Shown here in pieces: positions 38,377 to 47,890 of a DNA stretch of 64,000 nt. Source of the stretch: Candidatus Altiarchaeota archaeon (GTDB lineage Archaea > Altiarchaeota > Altiarchaeia > IMC4 > SCGC-AAA252-I15); the NCBI GenBank assembly GCA_043800255.1, contig JAZDNF010000009.1:256001-320000 (forward strand), in the 5' to 3' direction. Position 1 is the stretch's first letter. The number at the start of each line of letters is the position of its first letter. The position numbers and the translations under genes were made by a program. Below the pieces are notes generated by a model. The model searched no databases, was not told the DNA's origin, and saw only the letters and a list, made by a program, of their open reading frames with translations.

Positions 38377-38597
38377 CTTATAACACCTAAGTAATACTAA
38401 GTCAGATTAATATATAAATGTACGCTAGGCACCCTGAAATTCTCCTTGACTTCGCCGAACGTTGCACTAAACCTGTTTTTTTCAGAAAAAGAGCATAATC
38501 GCAATTAAGAGGGTCTTGTTACCTCGACAAAACGTCTTTCAATCGTTATGCATTATGCTCCACAGAGTCACAGTCCTAAGAATTAGCGGTGGATTTT

Positions 38598-39947
38598 TCA
38601 CCTCTTCTTGAGATATTCGTCTATGTTTTTTGCTGCTTTTTTGCCTTGACCCATGGCAGATATCACTGTCGCCGCGCCTGAGACGATGTCGCCGCCTGCG
38701 AATACGCCTGGAATGGAGGTCATAAGGTTGTCGTCTACAACTACTCTGCCCCTTGCGTCCACCTTCAAATCCCTTGCAGTCTGAGGCAGTAAGGGGTTGG
38801 GACTCTGGCCTATGGCGACGATGACCTCGTTAACGTTGAGGGTGAACTCCGAGCCTTTGACCGGGACAGGTCGCCTCCTGCCGCTCTCATCAGGCTCCCC
38901 CAATTCCATGCGAAGGCATTTCATGCCGGTAACTTTTCCCTCGCTGCCGAGTATCTCAATCGGGTTAGTCAGCAGCCTGAATTCGATGCCCTCCTCCTCA
39001 GCATGATGCACTTCCTCCGCTCTGGCAGGCATCTCCTCCCTGGAACGCCGGTACACTATGTAGACTTTCTCGGCTCCGAGGCGCAAAGCGCTCCGGGCGG
39101 AGTCCATCGCAACGTTGCCGGCGCCGACGACAGCGACCCTTTTGCCGACCTTCACAGGCGTGTCATGCTCCGGGAAATCGTGAGCTTTCATCAGGTTCAC
39201 CCTGATCAGGAACTCGTTCGCGCTGTAGACTCCCATCAGGTTCTCGCCCGGAACGTTCAAGAAGTTCGGAAGCCCCGCCCCGACTCCGACGAAGACAGCA
39301 TCATAATCCCCCAGAAACTGCTTCAAAGATAAAGTCCTGCCGACCAGGATGTTAGTCTTCACTTCAACGCCTATGTCCTTCAGGAAGTTGACCTCCTCTT
39401 TCACTATCTTCTTAGGGAGCCTGAACTCAGGTATGCCGTAGACGAGCACTCCCCCAGGCTCGTGCAAAGCCTCGAAGACTGTGACCTTGTAGCCTAACCT
39501 AGCCAGCTCGCCGGCGCACGCGAGGCCTGCAGGCCCTGAACCCACAACAGCGACCTTCCCCTTGGCTGCCCTGACACTTCCGCTTCTCCCCTTAGCATAC
39601 TCTGAGGCGAACCTCTCCAGCCTGCCGATTGCGACAGGCTCGTCCTTTATGCCCAGAACGCAGAGCTCCTCGCACTGGGTCTCCTGCGGGCACACCCTCC
39701 CGCAGACCGCGGGCAGGCAGTTATCCTCCTTTATCCTGCCGCAGGCTTCCTCGAACTTTTTCTCCTTGATGAATTTTATGAAGCCGGGAATGTCTATGCC
39801 AACGGGACAGCCTGGAACGCACTTCCCGCACTGTATGCACCTCTTAGCCTCGAGCACAGCCTCCTCAGGAGTGTACCCTAACGCGACCTCTTTGAAGTTC
39901 TTTGCCCTCTTCTCAGGCTCCTGCTCTCTCATCCAGGTCTTAGGCAT
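38598..39947 (-). CDS. nfnB: NfnB/SudA (GltD-like) large subunit of bifurcating transhydrogenase
   Basis: EAKRCIQC..CP, CGRVCPQETQCE, GSGPAG, YGIPEFRL, GAGNVAMD, AGGD; follows nfnA. Confidence 0.85.
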   Translation of the reverse strand: MPKTWMREQEPEKRAKNFKEVALGYTPEEAVLEAKRCIQCGKCVPGCPVGIDIPGFIKFIKEKKFEEACGRIKEDNCLPAVCGRVCPQETQCEELCVLGIKDEPVAIGRLERFASEYAKGRSGSVRAAKGKVAVVGSGPAGLACAGELARLGYKVTVFEALHEPGGVLVYGIPEFRLPKKIVKEEVNFLKDIGVEVKTNILVGRTLSLKQFLGDYDAVFVGVGAGLPNFLNVPGENLMGVYSANEFLIRVNLMKAHDFPEHDTPVKVGKRVAVVGAGNVAMDSARSALRLGAEKVYIVYRRSREEMPARAEEVHHAEEEGIEFRLLTNPIEILGSEGKVTGMKCLRMELGEPDESGRRRPVPVKGSEFTLNVNEVIVAIGQSPNPLLPQTARDLKVDARGRVVVDDNLMTSIPGVFAGGDIVSGAATVISAMGQGKKAAKNIDEYLKKR

Positions 39948-40761
39948 TTTTGAGTCCGATCCTGCATGTATGGGATTCCTGCTCCTCGTCAACGTAAGTG
40001 CGATTCCTCTCCATCAGCTCCCTGAAGTCCACCATGTGGGCGTCGAAGTCTGGGCCGTCAACGCATGTGAACTTCGTCTTCCCGTCCACTGTGACCCTGC
40101 AGCCGCCGCACATGCCGGTGCCGTCAACCATTATCGGGTTCAAGGAGACTATGGTCTTAACCTTATCCCTCGTGAGGTCTGCCACCGCCTTCATCATCGG
40201 CAGCGGGCCGACTGCGACAACAAAGTCCAAGCTGGAGAGCTTCTTCTCGAGGACGGTTGTGACGAAACCTTTCACTCCCTTGGAGCCGTCATCGGTTGCG
40301 ACCAACACTTCGTCGGAAACCTCCATCATCTCGTTCTCAAGTATGAGAAGGTCCTTTGACCTGGCTCCGATGATCGTAGTGACGTGATTGCCAGCCTCCT
40401 TCAGTGCCTTCGCTATCGTGTATATTGCAGGAGTCCCGACGCCGCCGCCGACACACGCAACATTGCCGTATTCTTTCACGTCGAACGGATGGCCGAGAGG
40501 CCCGAGGAAATCCCTGACAGATTCTCCGGCCCTGAGAGCTCCCAGCTTCTTTGTTGAGGTTCCAACCTCCAGGAAAACCATCGAGATGCTACCCTCCTTT
40601 CTGTCGAAGTCGTAGATGGTCAGAGGGAATCTCTCGCCCTTCTCGTCCACCCTCAGGATGACGAACTGGCCTGCCCTCGCCGACGTGGCGACCTCAGGAG
40701 CATATAATTTTATGAACTTTATGCTCGGAGCCAGCTCCCTGGCCTCAAGTATCTCATACAT
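39940..40761 (-). CDS. nfnA: NfnA/SudB small subunit
   Basis: GQFVILR..GERFPLT, GPLG, GGGVG, DGTGMCGGCRV, CVDGPDF. Confidence 0.88.
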   Translation of the reverse strand: MYEILEARELAPSIKFIKLYAPEVATSARAGQFVILRVDEKGERFPLTIYDFDRKEGSISMVFLEVGTSTKKLGALRAGESVRDFLGPLGHPFDVKEYGNVACVGGGVGTPAIYTIAKALKEAGNHVTTIIGARSKDLLILENEMMEVSDEVLVATDDGSKGVKGFVTTVLEKKLSSLDFVVAVGPLPMMKAVADLTRDKVKTIVSLNPIMVDGTGMCGGCRVTVDGKTKFTCVDGPDFDAHMVDFRELMERNRTYVDEEQESHTCRIGLKNA

Positions 40762-40823
40762 TTTCTGGAATGGAGTAAATGTTATAGGCAGCAGAGTTGA
40801 TAAACGTTCACAATAGGTCGGCC

Positions 40824-41012
40824 TTATTCAGGGTTATATGTCTTGTAGAATGCGCACTCCCAGCAGTGTTTGAACCCCCGTTCTCTGACGCAGTTTACGG
40901 GGGCGAAAGTCCAGCATACTTTTCCAGCGTCCAGAAGAGTCACGGCGCATTTCTCTTTCTTGTCTTGGGGGCAGTCCCAGAACTCCCAGCAGTTATCTTT
41001 TTTGCCGTCTAT
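40824..41012 (-). CDS. 62-aa Cys/Trp-rich (two-CW-type) protein with apparent ATA start, or pseudogene (absent from ORF track)
   Basis: IDGKKDNCWEFWDCPQDKKEKCAVTLLDAGKVCWTFAPVNCVRERGFKHCWECAFYKTYNPE*; AGGTG 7 nt upstream of the ATA. Confidence 0.7.
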   Translation of the reverse strand: MDGKKDNCWEFWDCPQDKKEKCAVTLLDAGKVCWTFAPVNCVRERGFKHCWECAFYKTYNPE

Positions 41013-41268
41013 TTTAACCCACCTTCCGTTCAGATAATGTAGATATTGTAGGCTAGATTATTATACTTTGTTCAATAAAAACATGCAATAGAACACACTA
41101 TCTGGAAAACAGGCAGAAAACAACAGACTAACCAGATGTCAAGAACCGCCAATCATAGACCGGCAGCATGAAATCAAAGGGGAGATATTCTTGACAGAAG
41201 ATTTCCACCCACTAGCAAATAGCCTGGTGGAAATCTTAGATTTATACCACAAACACCATAATCAACAC

Positions 41269-41550
41269 ATGGTAAAAGAGGTAACTGCAGCGCACATACT
41301 GGTCAAAGGACAGGGAAAGGCAACAGAGCTCCTTGAGAGGATAAAAAAAGGGGAGAGTTTCGAACAGCTGGCAAAAGATTGCTCAGAATGCCCCTCACGC
41401 AAGAGAGGCGGCAACCTAGGCTGGTTCGGGAGAGGCAGGATGGTCAGGGAGTTCGAGAAGGCAGCCTTCGAGGGAGAGAAAGGCTCTGTAGTCGGGCCTG
41501 TCAAGACCGACTTCGGCTGGCATCTGATAAAAATAATAGACAAGAGATAG
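41269..41550 (+). CDS. Parvulin-type peptidyl-prolyl isomerase
   Basis: AAHILV, FEQLAK, SECPS, GGNLG, MVREFE, GPVKTDFGWHLI; start MVKEV. Confidence 0.93.
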   Translation: MVKEVTAAHILVKGQGKATELLERIKKGESFEQLAKDCSECPSRKRGGNLGWFGRGRMVREFEKAAFEGEKGSVVGPVKTDFGWHLIKIIDKR

Positions 41551-41556
41551 GCTGGA

Positions 41557-42054
41557 ATGTTCGACAGGATAACGCTCGACAGGGAAACCCTGAAGGTTTT
41601 GGCTGCAGACACGAGAGTGGACATCCTGAAGATGCTCGGCGAGCGCAAGCAGACTCTGACAGACATCTCGGAAAAGCTGGAGATGTCTCCATCAACCATC
41701 AAGGAACACCTGGACAGGCTCCTGGAGGCAGGACTGATAGAGCAGATACCTGCGGAAACGAAGTGGAAGTACTACAACCTCACCAGGAAGGGGAAGAACA
41801 TCGTAAGCCCGTCCGAGACCAGCATCCTCATACTGCTAGTAACTTCAGTACTCGTTTTAGTGGGCTCGCTTGCAAGCCTGGCCAAGAGATTCCTGACATT
41901 TCCAGAGGAGCCGACAATGCTCATGGCCGTTGAATCAGCAAGGGATTTCGCTGAAAAGGCCCCGGCAGCAGGCTTGCCCTACCTGGAGATAGCCCTGATC
42001 GTGATATCATCTGTCACAGCAGGGTTCCTGATAGGAAAGACGCTGAAAAGGTAG
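41557..42054 (+). CDS. ArsR-like wHTH protein with two C-terminal TM helices
   Basis: LKVLAADTRVDILKML..STIKEHLDRL..KWKYY.LT. Confidence 0.8.
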   Translation: MFDRITLDRETLKVLAADTRVDILKMLGERKQTLTDISEKLEMSPSTIKEHLDRLLEAGLIEQIPAETKWKYYNLTRKGKNIVSPSETSILILLVTSVLVLVGSLASLAKRFLTFPEEPTMLMAVESARDFAEKAPAAGLPYLEIALIVISSVTAGFLIGKTLKR

Positions 42055-42106
42055 AGCATAAACCGGACTTATATAAGGACTCAGTAGAATACTCTAAAGA
42101 TAGAAG

Positions 42107-43003
42107 ATGAAGGTTGGGGTGCTTGAATACAAGGATGACGAGTTCACGAAAGACGTTATCAATGCTCTGAGCGACCTGCAGCCGGAACACATGAGGATAG
42201 GTGAGCAGAAACTGCTCGGCGGGTCAGAATACAAGGTCATAATCGACCGCATCAGCTTCCACCAGAAGTACCTGAGAGAATACCTGAAGCTGCTGTCACT
42301 GGGAGGGTGCTACATAATAAACAACCCATTCTCATCAGAGGTGAACAACAAGCTGGTCGAGATGAAAGTCTGCGAGCAGCTTAGGATACCATTTCCCAAC
42401 ACCGTCATGCTCCCAATGGTAACAGAAGGCGACGACATATCAGACAACATACTGAAGCCGAACTGGAGCGCGCTCAATGAAGCTTTCTCGTTCCCAGCCA
42501 TAATGAAACCCTACAACGGCTTCGGCTGGGAGAACGTCTACGAGGTCGAGTCCATAAAGGACGCGAAGAACGTCTACGAAGCACTGAAGGACAGGCACAT
42601 ACTCATGCTGCAGGAGAAGATATACTACAGAGAATACTACAGGGCATACTGCGTCGGGAAAAAGGACGTCCTGTTCGTGAAATACCAGCCTGCCCCAGAG
42701 GGTATGGGAAGATACGTGCACGACGACCTTAAGCCGATAGACGGCATCATAAGGCAGCTCGAAAAGTGGACCGTAGACTTTAACTCAATGATCGATTTTG
42801 ACTTTAACTCGGTCGAATGGAGCATAGACGCCAACGGCAACCCATCCGTAATAGACGCCTTCAACGAGGTCCCTGACATTGACAAGAGGATATTCCCCCA
42901 GGAGGAGTACAATTGGCTTGTAGACCGGTTTTCAGCCACAGTAAGGGACAGATTCAAAGGCCCGGAAACCAATAAAACGTTCATAGCAGACGTTTTAGGC
43001 TGA
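42107..43003 (+). CDS. ATP-grasp ligase (RimK/GshB-like)
   Basis: IIDRIS, INNPF, P.TVMLP, FPAIMKPYNGFGW, MLQEKI, FNSVE, ID.FN. Confidence 0.8.
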   Translation: MKVGVLEYKDDEFTKDVINALSDLQPEHMRIGEQKLLGGSEYKVIIDRISFHQKYLREYLKLLSLGGCYIINNPFSSEVNNKLVEMKVCEQLRIPFPNTVMLPMVTEGDDISDNILKPNWSALNEAFSFPAIMKPYNGFGWENVYEVESIKDAKNVYEALKDRHILMLQEKIYYREYYRAYCVGKKDVLFVKYQPAPEGMGRYVHDDLKPIDGIIRQLEKWTVDFNSMIDFDFNSVEWSIDANGNPSVIDAFNEVPDIDKRIFPQEEYNWLVDRFSATVRDRFKGPETNKTFIADVLG

Positions 43004-43014
43004 AACGCACCATT

Positions 43015-43088
43015 CCACCAGTCTCGCGGGGAACCGCACAGCGGTTCCTGCGCACAAGAAACCAAAGGTTCTTAGTGCTGACGGGTGG
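43015..43088. repeat. Y-shaped palindromic intergenic element
   Basis: Outer CCACCAGTC/GACGGGTGG enclosing GGAACCGC-ACA-GCGGTTCC and GCAC-AAGAAACC-AAA-GGTTCTT-A-GTGC. Confidence 0.65.
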
Positions 43089-43223
43089 TTCTTCACAAGC
43101 TACCGCTCCCATAAGGTTTAAATATTCGTCCTACAAACATAGTATACAGGAGGTTTCTACACAGACCAAAAGGGGTATTGGGTGTCTGACACCATTTTTT
43201 GGCGTTTTCTATGGGGTGACTCA

Positions 43224-43748
43224 ATGTACGATAACATTTTGCTTGACAGGAACATTTGCATAAGAGGAATTAACCTGGATGACATGCAGCAGATCAGAGA
43301 ATCAGTAACAGGATCTGCCGTATTCACAGAGTCCGAGATACATGACGTTCTGAACATGATAGAACATTATGTAAGGTTCCCTGAGAAGGACGAACTAGAA
43401 ACCTACGCGTACACGATAGGGGAGAAGATCGCCGGGTTCGTATCATTCGGCCTCGGCCTCGGCAACAGGACATACGAATTGTACTGGATATGCGTTTCGT
43501 CAGAGTATCAGGGCCATGGAATCGGTGCGAAACTTCTGAAGTTCGCCGAGAACCACATCATCGGCTGCGGCGGCAGAATCCTCTTCATAGAAACGTCGAC
43601 GTCAGACAAGTATGAGAAGGCGAGAGCATTCTACGAGAGGAGAGGATACACGGTATCGGCCATCGTCAGGGACTACTTCGACGAAGGCGATGACAAGCTC
43701 ATCTACTCGAAGAAGCTGCTGTCACCGAAGCCGTCCACATGCGCATGA
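43224..43748 (+). CDS. GNAT N-acetyltransferase
   Basis: YELYWICV..YQGHGIG, IETS, ARAFY..RGY, DYF..GDD. Confidence 0.88.
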   Translation: MYDNILLDRNICIRGINLDDMQQIRESVTGSAVFTESEIHDVLNMIEHYVRFPEKDELETYAYTIGEKIAGFVSFGLGLGNRTYELYWICVSSEYQGHGIGAKLLKFAENHIIGCGGRILFIETSTSDKYEKARAFYERRGYTVSAIVRDYFDEGDDKLIYSKKLLSPKPSTCA

Positions 43749-43831
43749 GAGGAGAACAGTGCATTTTTATTCTAAGAATAACCTAGTATTTATCCTAAAC
43801 GTTATGATGAGGGACATCTCAAAAATATAGG

Positions 43832-44386
43832 ATGAACTCGGTTGTTCCAAAGAGGGTCTTTTTCGTGAAGGGTGTGGGAATCCACAAGGACAGATTAGGC
43901 TCCTTCGAGCTCGCTCTCAGAGACGCCGGGATCGAGAAATGCAATCTGGTCTACGTGTCCAGCATATTCCCGCCGGGCTGCGAGATAATAACCTCAAAAA
44001 AAGGCCTGGAATTTCTAAGGCCGGGACAGATAGTCTACTGCGTTATGGCAAGGTCAGAGACCAACGAACCTAACAGGCTGGTGTCAGCCGCCATCGGGCT
44101 GGCTGTGCCAAACGACAAGGAACAGTACGGTTACCTGTCAGAACACCACTCCTTCGGAGATAAGGCCGAAATAGCGGGAGACTATGCAGAAGACCTGGCT
44201 GCCACGATGCTTGCCACAACATTGGGCGTACCCTTCGACCCTGACCAAGCGTGGGACGAGAGGAAGATGATGTACAAGGCCAGCGGCAACATCATCAGAA
44301 CCAGCCACACATGCCAGTCTGCGGAAGGCAACAAGAACGGACTCTGGACGACCGTAATAGCGGCGGCAGTCTTCATACTGGATTAG
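43832..44386 (+). CDS. pdaD: Pyruvoyl-dependent arginine decarboxylase
   Basis: [22 protein letters not shown] (SS cleavage site), GYLSEHH. Confidence 0.92.
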   Translation: MNSVVPKRVFFVKGVGIHKDRLGSFELALRDAGIEKCNLVYVSSIFPPGCEIITSKKGLEFLRPGQIVYCVMARSETNEPNRLVSAAIGLAVPNDKEQYGYLSEHHSFGDKAEIAGDYAEDLAATMLATTLGVPFDPDQAWDERKMMYKASGNIIRTSHTCQSAEGNKNGLWTTVIAAAVFILD

Positions 44387-44405
44387 AGTCTGGTCTTACA
44401 GTAGA

Positions 44406-45410
44406 ATGAAAACGGTGAAAAATTCTGGGGAAGATTTTAAGGCTGTGAGAAAGTTCGTAAGCCACAATTTCAGGCACTTCAACGCCTACGTAGTCAGAGC
44501 AGCCTCAGAAGGATACGTGAAGCACATCAAAGAGGGCAACAAGATGCTCGTTGCCTTGGGAGGGTCGATGAGCACCGCCGAACTGGGCATCACCCTTGCC
44601 GAGATGATAAGAGAGGGTAAGGTGCACGCCATATCATCCACAGGTGCCAACCTGGAGGAGGACATTTTCAACCTCGTCGCACACGACTACTATGAGCACG
44701 TTCCACATTACAGGAACCTGTCCGTAGAGGAGGAAACGGACCTCCTTAACAGGGGCAGGAACAGGGTCACAGACACGTGCATACCTGAGGAGGAAGCCAT
44801 GAGGAAAATTGGCGGACACCTGCTCAGGATATGGCAGAACGCCGACAAAAACAAGGAGCGCTATTTCATCTATGAATATTTTTACCAGCTGCTGAGGAGC
44901 GGGGTACTGAAGAAAGAGTATCAGATAGACCCTAAGGACTCGTGGGTTGCCGCAGCCTGCGAGAAGAACATACCCCTATTCGTCCCAGGATGGGAGGACT
45001 CGACCCTCGGCAACTTCTTCGTCTCATACGTGAGGAGCGGGAAGATAAGCAGACCCGACATAATAAAATCAGGCTTGGAAACCATGAGCTTCCTGGTTGA
45101 CTGGTACAGGCAGAACTCGAAGGAGAAATCGATAGGGTTCTTCCAGATTGGAGGGGGCATATCAGGCGACTTCCCGATATGCGTCGTGCCGCTCATAAGG
45201 CAAGACCTGAAAGAGGACTGCAGGCTGTGGGGCTACTTCTGCCAGATATCAGACAGCACCACATCATATGGCTCTTACAGCGGCGCAGTCCCGAATGAGA
45301 AGATAACATGGGGGAAGCTGGCGGTAGAGACCCCAAAGTTCCTGATAGAAAGCGACGCCACAATCGTCGCGCCCCTGATGTTCGCGTACGTTCTCGCAGA
45401 TGATGACTGA
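44406..45410 (+). CDS. Deoxyhypusine synthase-like protein (bacterial-type variant)
   Basis: HFNA, TGANLEED, RVTD, DSTLG, IGGG, SYSGAVPNEKITWGK, ESDATI. Confidence 0.88.
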   Translation: MKTVKNSGEDFKAVRKFVSHNFRHFNAYVVRAASEGYVKHIKEGNKMLVALGGSMSTAELGITLAEMIREGKVHAISSTGANLEEDIFNLVAHDYYEHVPHYRNLSVEEETDLLNRGRNRVTDTCIPEEEAMRKIGGHLLRIWQNADKNKERYFIYEYFYQLLRSGVLKKEYQIDPKDSWVAAACEKNIPLFVPGWEDSTLGNFFVSYVRSGKISRPDIIKSGLETMSFLVDWYRQNSKEKSIGFFQIGGGISGDFPICVVPLIRQDLKEDCRLWGYFCQISDSTTSYGSYSGAVPNEKITWGKLAVETPKFLIESDATIVAPLMFAYVLADDD

Positions 45411-46260
45411 AGAATCGAGGCCGCAATTTGGAGGCCTCTACGGAGAATTCTCAGACTACGATAACTCCCGCATCGTTATCCTGCCGGTGCCGTTCGAGAA
45501 GACGAGCACCTGGATCAAGGGCTCTGCGATGGGGCCTGCGGCAATAATAGAGGCCTCAGAGAACATGGAACTCTACGACATCGAGACGGAGTCCGAAGTC
45601 TATAAGATGGGCATCCACACCGACAGCGAGATAACTGCTGACGATTCCGAATCCATGCTGGATGCAGTATCTGCCAGGGTCAGAAGCCTGATGGAGGACA
45701 AGAAGTTTGTCGTCACACTCGGAGGCGAGCACACGGTCTCCATCGGACCTATCAGAGCGTGCTCGGAATCGTATGATAACCTGTCCATACTGCAATTGGA
45801 TGCTCACTCCGACCTCAGGGACTCCTACGAGGACAGCGGATACAATCATGCGTGCACGATGAGGAGGGTGAGGGAGGTAGTCAACGACGTCGTATCGGTC
45901 GGCGTCAGGAGCATGGACTCGTCCGAGCTTGACATGGTCGACGAGGACAGGATGTTCTACGCGAAGGACATCCGAGGATCGGACGACTGGATGGACAGGG
46001 TCGTGGACAGGCTGTCAGCGAACGTCTACATTACCCTAGACTTGGACGTCTTCGACCCGGGCATAATGCCGTCAACAGGCACCCCCGAACCTGGAGGGCT
46101 CGGCTGGTATGATGTGACCAGCCTGCTGAAGAAAGTTGCTGCTGAGAGGAATCTTGTCGGATGCGATGTTGTGGAATTATGCCCCACAGAGAACAAGGCC
46201 CCGAACTTTTTGGCTGCGAAATTGATTTACACGCTCCTGAGCTACAGGTTCAATGTTTAG
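45400..46260 (+). CDS. speB: Agmatinase
   Basis: GP.AI, GGEH, DAHSD, DLDVFDP, TGTPEPGG, DVVEL. Confidence 0.93.
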   Translation: MMTEESRPQFGGLYGEFSDYDNSRIVILPVPFEKTSTWIKGSAMGPAAIIEASENMELYDIETESEVYKMGIHTDSEITADDSESMLDAVSARVRSLMEDKKFVVTLGGEHTVSIGPIRACSESYDNLSILQLDAHSDLRDSYEDSGYNHACTMRRVREVVNDVVSVGVRSMDSSELDMVDEDRMFYAKDIRGSDDWMDRVVDRLSANVYITLDLDVFDPGIMPSTGTPEPGGLGWYDVTSLLKKVAAERNLVGCDVVELCPTENKAPNFLAAKLIYTLLSYRFNV

Positions 46261-46510
46261 GCGCGTTTGAGTGATTGTTCCTGCATCTGAACTCCAGAAG
46301 CGCGCCCAGCGTGTAGGAGACCAGTATGAGCAGGATTACGATCTTTAGGTTATAGAACGTCTCGACCATCTGCAGCACAGCCTTCGACGTTGAACCCTCG
46401 GTTCCGAATGCTGCGAAGAAACCCAGCAGGAACATGAGGAGGTAGACTAGGAACGTGAATGCTACCCCGCAAAAGCCCCCCTTAAAGTTCCTGACGAGAA
46501 ACCCCACCAT
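46250..46510 (-). CDS. Small membrane protein
   Basis: Two hydrophobic helices. Confidence 0.5.
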   Translation of the reverse strand: MVGFLVRNFKGGFCGVAFTFLVYLLMFLLGFFAAFGTEGSTSKAVLQMVETFYNLKIVILLILVSYTLGALLEFRCRNNHSNAPKH

Positions 46511-46555
46511 ATATTGAACAATTTATAACAATGGTTTAAAAATCGCACGTATGGC

Positions 46556-47206
46556 TTAGGGACCCCTTTTAGCTTCTTTCTGGTAGCTGAAATAGGAGTA
46601 TGCCATAAGATAGAATGAGGATATTATTACCGGGCCGACCGCAAGAACGATTGCATAGTCCTGGAAAAAGGCCCCTAGGACAGCTACCAGCCCAGATGCC
46701 TTGAAAAGTTTAGCGCCTTTCTCATGGGTCTGCCGCCAAACGACGTCACTGCTCAGCGTCCACGGGGTTCTGATGCCAATGAACCAGTTGCGCTGCGCAT
46801 GCCCCATGACGATGCCGACACAGTAGTAGAGCAGGCCTAGCGCTGGAACGAGGGCTAGTGTCATGTTAAACCTGTGCCCGAAATTCCAGAAGACCGTCAG
46901 CAGGTAGATGTAAAGCAGGAATGCTGCCACTATAAGGATGAATCCCTGATAGTATCCCCTGAATTTATCGATGTTAGCCTTCAGAGGGTCGATGCGAGGA
47001 ATCAGCAGGAAGAGGGTGGACACCAATGCCATTATCACTGGCATGAGGAAGACGCCCCAGAATTTGGGCATGTAGCCGTCAACCTTGCCCTGTGCATTCC
47101 AGTGCGATGCGACCCTGTCAGGCATCTGCTGGTAGGCATACAAGCCGACAGCAAAAGACACCATCATTATCAGCGAAAGCGCCAGTATAGTGTTCCCGGA
47201 TTTCAT
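46556..47206 (-). CDS. SdpI/DUF1648-family membrane protein
   Basis: PDRVASHWN.G.VDGY, IDP, NWFIGIRTPWTLSSD.VW..TH. Confidence 0.88.
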   Translation of the reverse strand: MKSGNTILALSLIMMVSFAVGLYAYQQMPDRVASHWNAQGKVDGYMPKFWGVFLMPVIMALVSTLFLLIPRIDPLKANIDKFRGYYQGFILIVAAFLLYIYLLTVFWNFGHRFNMTLALVPALGLLYYCVGIVMGHAQRNWFIGIRTPWTLSSDVVWRQTHEKGAKLFKASGLVAVLGAFFQDYAIVLAVGPVIISSFYLMAYSYFSYQKEAKRGP

Positions 47207-47262
47207 CGCCAGCGTAGTATAATAGTCTTAAATGAGAATGTAATTTTAAATAGGCTTCCAGT

Positions 47263-47553
47263 ATGATGGCAAGCACTTACACGAGAAAGATTTCAAAAGA
47301 GGAGGCGACGTGCGGGTTTATTCTAGTGGAAAAATCAAGGAGGAAGATATTCCCAGAGTCTGGCAGGAGGTTTGACATCTACCATAATAGGAACAAGCTG
47401 GAAGTGGTCATCGACGAGATACCCTGCGAGTGCGTCGGCCCCCAGAAACCTCATGTCCACTACCACCTCCACCTCCCGGTAGAGCTTAAAGCAGGAGATA
47501 AAGCGGTTATAGAGAAGGTAGGGGATAAGTACCGGCTAGAATTCGAAAGATGA
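47263..47553 (+). CDS. Hypothetical small protein with Cys/His motif
   Basis: IPCECVGPQKPHVHYHL. Confidence 0.55.
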   Translation: MMASTYTRKISKEEATCGFILVEKSRRKIFPESGRRFDIYHNRNKLEVVIDEIPCECVGPQKPHVHYHLHLPVELKAGDKAVIEKVGDKYRLEFER

Positions 47554-47581
47554 TAGGAAAAACTTAGCTCCAGGTTCGTAT

Positions 47582-47890
47582 TCAGAGCGTCACTGGGAGA
47601 GAGATTAGATTCCATCCCAGGGTTAAGGGGATTATCACATCCTGAGTCGAACTTTCTAGGAGCGTCCTAGTGTCTGCGGTGTAATTGCCGCCTCCGCTGT
47701 TTGAGTCCCCGCCAGGTTGGGCGGTTAGTATGAAACGGGCGGTATAGTTCCCGCCTTGCACTGTTCCGCCCTGCAGCCCGCTGACTTGGTTGAACGTGAA
47801 ATTCTCGCCGGAAGCGATTGCCGCCCCAGTGATTAGGACTAACAGCACAGCCCAGAGGTATGAGATTACTGTAGGGCGCATTACGTGCAT
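47582..47890 (-). CDS. Small exported protein ending in GWNLISLP motif
   Basis: Signal peptide, GGNYTA twice, C-terminal LTLGWNLISLP; overlaps the adhesin stop. Confidence 0.6.
   Translation of the reverse strand: MHVMRPTVISYLWAVLLVLITGAAIASGENFTFNQVSGLQGGTVQGGNYTARFILTAQPGGDSNSGGGNYTADTRTLLESSTQDVIIPLTLGWNLISLPVTL

Larger units (their letters stand above)
37859..38420 (-). repeat. Diverged direct repeat of the TA module at 2109-2721, including promoter
   Basis: Colinear DNA similarity from toxin stop to the TATA box. Confidence 0.9.

Noticed and set aside
2109-38420. A 36-kb composite mobile element bounded by the two TA copies
   Set aside because: The repeats are diverged, the interior is housekeeping, and there is no transposase, integrase or target duplication
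38598-39947. Glutamate synthase small subunit gltD
   Set aside because: Overlap with an NfnA/SudB gene indicates NfnB/SudA, although the families are homologous
40797-41042. 81-aa plus-strand ORF from the track
   Set aside because: Antisense to the Cys/Trp-patterned minus-strand ORF, which has an RBS and a family-like motif
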